DNA from: Chrysochromulina tobinii
Lineage: Eukaryota
Assembly (NCBI GenBank): GCA_001275005.1
Contig: JWZX01002202.1
Span: 1-40,468 of the forward strand
Direction: 5' to 3'
Length of the DNA stretch: 40,468 nucleotides
Both the position numbers and the translations under genes were made by a program. How positions within the stretch are numbered: position 1 is the stretch's first letter; every line of letters starts with the position of its first letter. The notes beneath the pieces were generated by a model that saw only the letters and a program-made list of their open reading frames with translations, searched no databases and was not told the origin of the DNA. Shown piece by piece: positions 10,326 through 17,955 of the stretch.

Positions 10326-11639
10326 TCAGCCGACACCAGCAGTCGCCTGCAGAAGCTCGGAGAGCAGGCGCTGCTGCCCGCCTAGAAGGTCCCGTGCAAA
10401 TTCAAGCCGCTGCATTGTATCCTGCATCATAAACGCCTGCGCCCTCTCCATCGGGCTGAGTGTAGCTGCTGCTGCAAATGAGAGCAGCTGAAGCTGTGCC
10501 TGTTCTTTGCTTGTCACGCCCCACACATCGCGTACAGCATCAAAGAGGGCGTCGTCCCTCACAGATTCGTCGACTGGTTCGTCAACTGGTTCGTCAGCAG
10601 CGTCAAAGAGGGCGTCGTCCCTCACTGAGCCCGGCGGTGGTGCCGCCGAGTCTACTAGTAGCGATGGAGACGAACCAATGGACGAGTCCTTCGTGCCTCG
10701 ATCGGCGCGCGAGGAAACGGCGTCAACTGACGAACCAGTTGACGAACCAATGGACGTGCCAGCGTCATTGAGCAGGGCCGTCCGCCTCGTCACTATGAGC
10801 TGGAGCAACTCGCGCCCGTTCTCATCGTCATCGAGCTCTCCGGGGTCGCGCGGGCTGAAGTAGCACGTGCCCAGCCGTCCAGGCCACTCCCATGGCTCAC
10901 CTAAGTACACATGCTCGCACAACTCACCCTCCTCCTCGTTGAGCGACTCGTCATCGAGCGACTCGTAGCTGTCGTAGATGCCAAACGGGGTGCTCCGCTT
11001 GTCGGGACCGACGTAGATGTACTCACTCTTGGGCAGAGAGTACACGTCCGAATTGACCTGCTTCGAGTCGGCCTGGTCCGTGTCCAAAGAGTCGAGCGAG
11101 CACATGGGCATCTCCTCCGCTTGCTGCCTCATGATGAGCGCCAGCCGGCGCCGTTGCGACGCGACGTCTTCATGCACGATTCGGACGGCCTGAGTGGTCA
11201 TGGAGACTGTCATGGACAGGGACGCATCGACACTGTCACAAAACGGCGAGATCGTCGCCACCCGGTACCCATGCTGCTCGTGACGGCGCACTGCGCCTCT
11301 CAAGCTGCAACGGCCGATGCACACGAGCCGCACCCATGTGCAAAATGCATCGGCCCGAAACTCCTCGATCCGGAGCAACATGACAATCTCATGGGGCCTG
11401 CCCTCCTCATTCATGAGCAGTCCGCCAACGCATTTCTCACTGACGGCTGCGGCAGAGATGCAGGCCTGCAAGCTGTCCTCAAAGAGGAAAACGTTCAGTG
11501 CCTCGCCAGGCAGCAGCACGTGCGCCTCCTCTTGGTCGAGCAAGAATGGAAGCAGCCCGAGCTTGAGCTTACCTGGAGCAAACCCTCCAAGCAACGTCGT
11601 GGACAGCGCTGCGGCAGCAGCCGGTATCAGGAGCATCAT
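10326..11639 (-). CDS. Lon protease N-terminal (substrate-binding)-like domain protein with signal peptide
   Basis: MMLLIPAAAAALS start. VLLPGEALNVFLFE...LLRIEEF...VRLVCIGRC...GYRVATISPFCD and the C-terminal LSFAAAATLSPMERAQAFMMQDTMQRLEFA resemble LON_substr_bdg. No AAA+ or protease domain. Confidence 0.7.
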   Translation of the reverse strand: MMLLIPAAAAALSTTLLGGFAPGKLKLGLLPFLLDQEEAHVLLPGEALNVFLFEDSLQACISAAAVSEKCVGGLLMNEEGRPHEIVMLLRIEEFRADAFCTWVRLVCIGRCSLRGAVRRHEQHGYRVATISPFCDSVDASLSMTVSMTTQAVRIVHEDVASQRRRLALIMRQQAEEMPMCSLDSLDTDQADSKQVNSDVYSLPKSEYIYVGPDKRSTPFGIYDSYESLDDESLNEEEGELCEHVYLGEPWEWPGRLGTCYFSPRDPGELDDDENGRELLQLIVTRRTALLNDAGTSIGSSTGSSVDAVSSRADRGTKDSSIGSSPSLLVDSAAPPPGSVRDDALFDAADEPVDEPVDESVRDDALFDAVRDVWGVTSKEQAQLQLLSFAAAATLSPMERAQAFMMQDTMQRLEFARDLLGGQQRLLSELLQATAGVG

Positions 11640-11692
11640 GACGGTCGACAGTCGAGTCACGTGAGAGCCTCCATTCGAGGTTCGAAACCTCA

Positions 11693-12065
11693 GTCTTCTC
11701 TGTGCTGCGCATCTCTGTGAATAGGGATGTTGAGGTTATCAAACAGCCCCACACGGGAGCCGGCCATGGGCCGGGCTCCTAGTCCCCCCTATACCAGTAC
11801 AGGGTACGGGAGGGTGGGGCACGATCAGAGTGCGCGCTCAGCTCACTCTTGACACGACACGAGGGCGATCGTGACAAACCTTAAGAGCGACGGACGGACT
11901 GGTTTCGTTCATTGAGTCCGTTCGTCAAAATGGTATGATGTCACTGTGAATGGACGGATATTCTCCGGTATGCATGCATGCTTATTCCCGCCCGCTGTGT
12001 GCGCGCCGCTCAGCGCCGGAGCGAGCGCCCTACCGCCCCTTATAGTTGCTTGCCCCTGAAGACAA
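11693..12065. repeat. Copy 1 of a ~370-bp structured non-coding direct repeat with GTCTTC...GAAGAC ends
   Basis: Aligns with 12097-12463 apart from scattered substitutions and small indels. Contains several internal hairpins. Confidence 0.92.
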
Positions 12066-12096
12066 CCAATCTAACGCCTCAGCGTTAGAAACAACC

Positions 12097-12463
12097 GTCT
12101 TCTCTGTGCTGCGCATCTCTGTGAATTGGGATGTTGAAGTTATCAAACAGCCCCCACGGGAGCCGGCCATGGGCCGGGCTCCTAGTCCCCCTATACCAGT
12201 ACAGGGTACGGGAGGGTGGGGCACGATCAGAGTGCGCACTCCGCTCACTCTTGACACGACACGAGGGCGATGTGACACACTTAAGAGAGACGGACGGACC
12301 AGGTTCGTTCATTGAGTCCGTTCGTCAAAATGGCATAATGTCACTGAATGGACGGATATTCTCCGGTATGCATGCATGCTTATTCCCGCCCGCTGTGTGC
12401 GCGCCGCTCAGCGCCGGAGCGAGCGCCCTACCGCCCCTTATAGTTGCTTGCCCCTGAAGACAA
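12097..12463. repeat. Copy 2 of the ~370-bp structured direct repeat
   Basis: Same termini (gtcttctctgtg ... cccctgaagacaa). Separated from copy 1 by a 31-bp hairpin-containing spacer. Confidence 0.92.
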
Positions 12464-12510
12464 TCGATTCATTTACATTTTAGCCATGCAACTCCAGCCT
12501 AGCCAACTCG

Positions 12511-13083
12511 ATGACCGACACGTCGTCGCCACCTAAGGCGAGGCCAGCGAAGAAGAAGAAGCCCCCTAAGGCAAAACCGTCGTCGGCGTACCATGAAGAG
12601 GATGACCGGCAGGCCGCCGAGGAGGCCGCTCTGGCGCAGCGATTCTTGCAGGAGGCCATGTGCTGCACGCCTCGAGGCAGCCGGCCAAACATGAACGCAC
12701 CTACTCGCCCGCCGGAGCCACTTCCGCAGCCTCGAGCGCAAGAGGATGAGGAGGACGAGGAGGACCCCGATGCGGACGATCCGCGGTACAGCGCCGATCC
12801 TGAGTGCCTCCTCGCTCGGAGACGTCTCAAGGGTACGGATGTGTGGTCCTATTTGGTCAGATGGAAGGGGCTGAGCGAGGAATGGGACTGCTGGGTGGAC
12901 GCCGAGCACCTGGACGCCGAATTTGTCACGCGCGAGCTCGAGGAAACGGAGAGCGATCGGCCGCTTCTGACGGCGAGGGCCCACGCCGATCTCTCTGCGC
13001 GAGCTGAGGCTGCAGTGCAGGCGCCCCGAAAGCCTGCAGAATGTACGGATGCAGAATGTACGGATGCATTCGCATGTACGTAG
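12511..13083 (+). CDS. Chromodomain-containing protein (190 aa)
   Basis: YSADPECLLARRRLKGTDVWSYLVRWKGLSEEWDCWVDAEHL is a chromodomain signature. Basic NLS-like PAKKKKPPK at the N-terminus. Confidence 0.85.
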   Translation: MTDTSSPPKARPAKKKKPPKAKPSSAYHEEDDRQAAEEAALAQRFLQEAMCCTPRGSRPNMNAPTRPPEPLPQPRAQEDEEDEEDPDADDPRYSADPECLLARRRLKGTDVWSYLVRWKGLSEEWDCWVDAEHLDAEFVTRELEETESDRPLLTARAHADLSARAEAAVQAPRKPAECTDAECTDAFACT

Positions 13084-13275
13084 TACCGGTCGTGCTTCTA
13101 AAAACTAGGAAAGCCGGCGTCAGCTCAATCTGCTCGCCGCCCGGTGACCGTAGTGCGTAGACGCGACACGTTAGTCGACTTATAGTCGACCCCCGCACCG
13201 ACCACCGTCGGCCCGGTGCCGCTCGGTTCGTGAGTCGTCGGCTCGCAGTGAGTTGCCCCTTCTCTCTCTACATTC

Positions 13276-14889
13276 TCACAACCCGCGTTCAAGCTGCTCC
13301 TGCAGCCATTCTTCACCCGTCTTCTCAGCCTTCCACATGGTGACGCGGAGCCGCTCCCACACGACATGAGGCGACGGCGGCCGCTTGGTCAGCGGCGCGT
13401 CCGTGTCCGCGTCCGCACCGGTAGCCTCCTGCTTGCGCGCATCGGCGTCCAACGGAGCGCCGGACTGAGCGCGAAGCGCCTCATCTAGGATAGCACGCTC
13501 AGAGCGCGCGGACACAAGCGGCTCGTACACGACACCGAGCTTCGCGGCCGCGGCCATCTCCGCCTCGCGCCGCAGCTGCTGTACGTGAGCTTCGGCCGCC
13601 TCCAGTGCCGCCCGTCGCGCTGCGGAGCGCTCGGTCGCCTCTCGCTGCAGACGGGCCTCGAGGGCAAGTAGCTCCTTCTCCGCGGCGGCAGCGGCGTGCT
13701 CGGCGGCCGCCGCCTCGGCCTCCTGCTGCACGGCCTCCTGGCGCGCCTCCCTCTCGTACCGGGCCTCGAGCACTTCGGCTGCCGCATCCGCCGCATCCGC
13801 GTACAGCCGGTCTGCGGCAGCTGCAGCGTCCGGGTACTTAGTGCGCTGCTCCTCGGCAGCTCGCGCCGCCTCGGCGCGCATCGCCGCGGCCGCGCGGGCT
13901 GCCCACGCCGCAGCGTCCGCGATGCGCTGCTCGAGCGCCGCCGCCGCGCGTGCCTCCGCTTCGTGCAGGCGACGCATGCGCTCGTCCATTCCCATCGACT
14001 CACTCGTCTCAGCCTCCTCCGCCTCGAGACGCGCCTCGGCCTCGAGGCGGCGCCGCTCGGCGCCGTACGGCTTGCCCGCGAGCGACCCGGCGCGGAAGTA
14101 GCCGCGTTCGCCGCCACGCTCAGTGCCGCGCTCGGCGCCGCGCGACGCCGTCGGGCGCTCAAAGAGGCGCGAGACCATCTCTCGCGAGGCCATCTCTCGC
14201 GAGTCCGACTCCGATCGTCGCCCTTGCGCCGAAGACGTCGAGGCGAGCGAGGTGACCGACGAGCCGCTCGCCGAGGGGCTCGAACCGTACGTCTCGCTAC
14301 AGACGCTGCCATCGGGCGACGGCTGGAAGTTGTACTCCTCGCGGGCCGAGTACGTGGCGTCGCCCGTGGGCCTGTCGGACGGCTGGCGCGGAGGTGGCGT
14401 CGGCACCAACGGCTGCTGGAACGGCTGTGGCTGCGTCGCGGGCGTCGATGCGGCAGCGGTGGGCAAGGGCGTGGCGCTCGGCGTCGCGAGACCAATTCCA
14501 CGCGGCGAGTTCCAGTGGCGTGGCGAGTTTCCTGGCCGGTTTCCTGGCTTGCCCGGGCGTGGCGAAGAAGGCCGCGGGGCTGCCTGCTGCTGCTGCGAAC
14601 TGAACGCGGCGCCGTCAGGATGGAGCGTGTTCTGCTCGTACCACGCGGCAAAATCGTCGCGGGACCAGTGACGCCGGCCGCGCTGCAGCGACTGGGTGAT
14701 CGCATCCGCCGCCGCTCTGTTCGGCTGAGGGTCGCGCAGTTTGTCTTCGTAGACGCGTGCGAGGAGCGGCTTCAGCGCGACCACGTGCACGGTCATTTGT
14801 TCCGCGAGCCCGGCAGCCGCCCACGCCTCCAGCGCCTGCTGGCGCGCGATCTCGGGCACGCTGAGTGCGGGCACACTGTGTGCCGGCAT
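13276..14889 (-). CDS. Hypothetical protein with Ser/Pro-rich region and Ala/Glu-rich coiled coil
   Basis: Long open frame, first ATG at 14889, only 58 bp from the divergent gene at 14948. Confidence 0.65.
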   Translation of the reverse strand: MPAHSVPALSVPEIARQQALEAWAAAGLAEQMTVHVVALKPLLARVYEDKLRDPQPNRAAADAITQSLQRGRRHWSRDDFAAWYEQNTLHPDGAAFSSQQQQAAPRPSSPRPGKPGNRPGNSPRHWNSPRGIGLATPSATPLPTAAASTPATQPQPFQQPLVPTPPPRQPSDRPTGDATYSAREEYNFQPSPDGSVCSETYGSSPSASGSSVTSLASTSSAQGRRSESDSREMASREMVSRLFERPTASRGAERGTERGGERGYFRAGSLAGKPYGAERRRLEAEARLEAEEAETSESMGMDERMRRLHEAEARAAAALEQRIADAAAWAARAAAAMRAEAARAAEEQRTKYPDAAAAADRLYADAADAAAEVLEARYEREARQEAVQQEAEAAAAEHAAAAAEKELLALEARLQREATERSAARRAALEAAEAHVQQLRREAEMAAAAKLGVVYEPLVSARSERAILDEALRAQSGAPLDADARKQEATGADADTDAPLTKRPPSPHVVWERLRVTMWKAEKTGEEWLQEQLERGL

Positions 14890-14947
14890 TAGGGCGGCGG
14901 CGGTCGGGACGACGGCCGAAGCGAGCGAGAGTTGAGCGGCCCAAAAA

Positions 14948-17008
14948 ATGGAGATAGACCTGCTCGGCGAGCCGCGGCTCAAGAATGGCCTGACTTACTA
15001 CCCAGGTGTGCTCACCGATGATGGCTCCGTCATTCTCGGCAACATCGTGCGGCTGCAGCTGATGGCCGAGGGCTCGCAGCCCTACATTGGCTATGGCTTC
15101 CTCAAGGGTCTGTGGCTCTGGCGCGATCAGCCGTACATGCGCGTGCAGTACATGGCGCCTACGCGCATGGACCTGCCCAGGGATGCCATCGCGTACCGTG
15201 CCGCGCCGGACGCCAGCGGCATTCCCGAGCTCATGGTCACTAACCGCGTGGGCGACCTGCATCTGAACGCGCTGCTGGGCCCGGTCTACATCGAAGGCAG
15301 CCCGCTGATGGGGCAGCTCTTCCAGGAGAATGTGGGCGCGAGCGCGGATGGCTTCATACTCATGCGCCATCTCGATCCGGCCGTGCAGCGTGTGCAGCCG
15401 CTCGACGAGGCCTTCCGCCTCACGCCGATCGTGCAAGCGTTCCCAAAGACGGTGCTGCGCGCCATGCTCGTCCCGTTGGCCTCGTCGAAGGCGCCCGAGC
15501 TGCGTGTGCCCAAGTGTGGAGGCAGCTGCAGCAGTAGTATTAGCAGCAGCAGTACGGCGCCCGTGACTCCCGCCACGCCGCACGCAGCGCCGCCAGCAGC
15601 AGCACTGCCGTCGACGAGCAGACCCTCCACCGTTGTGCCGACCATGGCGCCCTCGCCCGCCGCTCCACACGCGGCGGCTACCCTAACGGCTACCCTAACG
15701 GCTACCCCGGATCTCCTCGAGCGCGAGCGAGAGCAGGTGGCCAACGGATGGGCGGACGGACGGACGGACGGATGGACAGACGGGCGGCGCGCGGACGCGG
15801 TGACGCCGGCGCCCGCGCCTCTGAGGCCGCCGAATTCGTCTGCGGAGGACATGGGGGTGATGGCGAGCAGCGCCAGCAACAATCCGACGCGGAGCCCGAT
15901 GGGGGTCGGTAGTAGTCGATTGACCAATGGCGACTTAGCGAGGCTGCGAGAGCACGGGCTCTTGCCCGTGCACAGTGTCGTCGGGGACGATGAGGACGAG
16001 CCGAGGGAAAGCCCTGGACTCGGCCCGAAGGGCTCGCCAGCCGCCATCCTGCTCCAGGCAACCCTAGCAGGCCGTGGCAGCGTCATCCTGCGATGCCCGA
16101 TCGAGCGCCAGGCGCTGCGCGAAAAGCTCGCGAGCGTCTTCGGCCTCGTCTCCGCGAGCGTGCGCATCCTCTACGGCGTACCCAATCGGACCTACCGCGA
16201 GTTGCCTCCGATCGAATGGCGTGAATTCGGTGACGGCGAGACGAGCACAGCACTTCTGTACGCGGCGCTCGAGCGGCAGCCCGAGCTCAAGGCGCTACCG
16301 GTACAGGTCTCGGGCGAGGCGGTGGTGCACCTGCCCTGGCTGCACTATCTGTCGAGCTTACTCGCGCTCGCCAACCTCGCGGGCGCGTTTGCGTTCGGGT
16401 ACGTGGCCCTCTGGTCGGTGGCCGCGCCGGCTCCGTACATCTTTCTGGTCGGTCTGCCGCCGCTGATGCTCGCGTACAATTCGTATGCATGCATCGTGAC
16501 CATGAACGACGAGTACCTGCTCAGCGCGAAGCTGCGCACCGCGCTCGACCGCAAGGACGACTTGCTCGTATGCCTGATGCTGCTCGCGCTGTGCGGACCC
16601 GATGTCTTCCTCTTCGCGTGCCGCACGCAGCTGCCGGCTTTTGGCGCGGCCCTCTCGCTCGAGGCAGAGCGGCAGCTGCTCATCTGGGCGTTTGGGCTGC
16701 ATTGGGTGCAGGACGTGCCCATGCTGGCATGCAACGTGCTCATGCACGGGAGCGAGTTTCCATGGGATGGCGTCTCGCTCGTCGTGCTCGGGCTCTCCAT
16801 TTTGAGTCTCACCTACAACCTCGCGTGGCACGTGTACCGGCTCATGCGTGTCTCGCCTGAGGATGATCTCCTTGAGCTTGCGCCACCGTCCACCGCCGGT
16901 CCTCCAAGGGACTACGTGCCCGGAGCGCGGAGCAAGTTGCGCCAAAAGTCGATGCAGCACAACCCGAACAAGTACGTCGCGCTCAACGACGCCTCCTACA
17001 TGGCGTGA
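14948..17008 (+). CDS. BAH-domain-like N-terminus joined to a multi-pass membrane domain (686 aa)
   Basis: TYYPGV..G.VILGNIVRL....QPYIGYGFLKGLW....YMRVQY...D.P...PELMVTN..GDLHLNALLGPVYI...FILMRHLD....VQPL resembles BAH. About 5-6 hydrophobic helices at the C-terminus, including WVQDVPMLACN. Single uninterrupted ORF. Confidence 0.65.
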   Translation: MEIDLLGEPRLKNGLTYYPGVLTDDGSVILGNIVRLQLMAEGSQPYIGYGFLKGLWLWRDQPYMRVQYMAPTRMDLPRDAIAYRAAPDASGIPELMVTNRVGDLHLNALLGPVYIEGSPLMGQLFQENVGASADGFILMRHLDPAVQRVQPLDEAFRLTPIVQAFPKTVLRAMLVPLASSKAPELRVPKCGGSCSSSISSSSTAPVTPATPHAAPPAAALPSTSRPSTVVPTMAPSPAAPHAAATLTATLTATPDLLEREREQVANGWADGRTDGWTDGRRADAVTPAPAPLRPPNSSAEDMGVMASSASNNPTRSPMGVGSSRLTNGDLARLREHGLLPVHSVVGDDEDEPRESPGLGPKGSPAAILLQATLAGRGSVILRCPIERQALREKLASVFGLVSASVRILYGVPNRTYRELPPIEWREFGDGETSTALLYAALERQPELKALPVQVSGEAVVHLPWLHYLSSLLALANLAGAFAFGYVALWSVAAPAPYIFLVGLPPLMLAYNSYACIVTMNDEYLLSAKLRTALDRKDDLLVCLMLLALCGPDVFLFACRTQLPAFGAALSLEAERQLLIWAFGLHWVQDVPMLACNVLMHGSEFPWDGVSLVVLGLSILSLTYNLAWHVYRLMRVSPEDDLLELAPPSTAGPPRDYVPGARSKLRQKSMQHNPNKYVALNDASYMA

Positions 17009-17256
17009 CGGGCGGGTATCGAGCTACACACAGCTGCGAACTGGCTACATAGTCACCCAGTGCCGTGCAACACCACGTCAGCAGGGCGCGGCCCCCCGGC
17101 GAGGTAAGAGGCGATAGTCAAAAGAGAGAGATTCAGCGCTCGCGTCCATATTTACACCGGTGTGAGCATCTATATTTGCGCCACGTCACATCGACACAAA
17201 AAATTAGCGGAAAACGTGCGTGACCGACCGGCGAACGCATATCTGGATAGAAGCCT

Positions 17257-17757
17257 TCATGCCCCTTTCTGCTTTAGAAGGCTCGTCGCTGCCTGCAGCT
17301 TCAAGCTGTACTCTCGCACGCCACTGACGAGCATCAAAAACGAGAGTACCTGGCGAATGGCGTGCATCTGAGTGATGGCGGCGAGGTCCTCGACCGATGG
17401 TTGGAACGCCGAAGCGTCAAGAATCCTCTTCGCTCGAATACTTGTGATGATGACTGCCGGGATGATCACGGCCGGAGCGAGACCGACCGTGCAGCCCACC
17501 GCACCAACGCGGAACCCGGGAATGGTGATGCGGATGAGCTTGGCAACGAGTGCAATCAGCAAGAGCGGCAGCACAAAGCGCTGCCACTGTGACAGTATGG
17601 GCAGTGTCTGTTGTGCAGAGTACCATGCGGTAATGAGGGGTTGGTTGTCCGATAGATCGACGGCGAGGTCGACGGCGCTGAATGCACCCATCACCCCACC
17701 AATAACGCACGGAAGCACGACTTGCGGCAATGGCGGAAGGAAGGCGCCGCCGCCCAT
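17257..17757 (-). CDS. Small multi-pass membrane hypothetical protein (166 aa)
   Basis: ATG-to-TGA ORF with about 4 hydrophobic segments. Confidence 0.6.
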   Translation of the reverse strand: MGGGAFLPPLPQVVLPCVIGGVMGAFSAVDLAVDLSDNQPLITAWYSAQQTLPILSQWQRFVLPLLLIALVAKLIRITIPGFRVGAVGCTVGLAPAVIIPAVIITSIRAKRILDASAFQPSVEDLAAITQMHAIRQVLSFLMLVSGVREYSLKLQAATSLLKQKGA

Positions 17758-17955
17758 GATCCTGTGGGAAATACTTCCGGAACTCTAAACAGTTTTGAAA
17801 GTGACCTCTGGATGAAGGTTTCGTCTTAATTTGTCTGGTCTTGACTGGTCTTGACTGGTCTTGAATTCGTCATCCCGAAGAGTTCCGGTGTCGCCGCGTC
17901 CGCTAAACTAGAAGCGCTCCGTCGCAGGCAGCACAATCGCCGCGCGTTCTCAACA

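Noticed and set aside
11676..11692. GAGG-TTCGAAA-CCTC as a tRNA T-arm or B-box
   Set aside because: No acceptor, D or anticodon arms can be built; the upstream sequence runs into the Lon-N CDS.
11693..11705. Minus-strand ACAGAGAAGA as the U6 snRNA ACAGAGA box
   Set aside because: The following U6 sequence (TTAGCATGGCCCCTG) is absent in both copies.
12058..12102. Inward-facing BbsI sites (GAAGAC...GTCTTC) as a synthetic cloning scar
   Set aside because: Both sites are ends of naturally diverged repeat copies, the spacer recurs at 23971, and no vector sequence is present.
15677..15707. CCCTAA-containing repeat as an interstitial telomere
   Set aside because: It is a 12-bp in-frame coding repeat (ATLT) with only two CCCTAA units.
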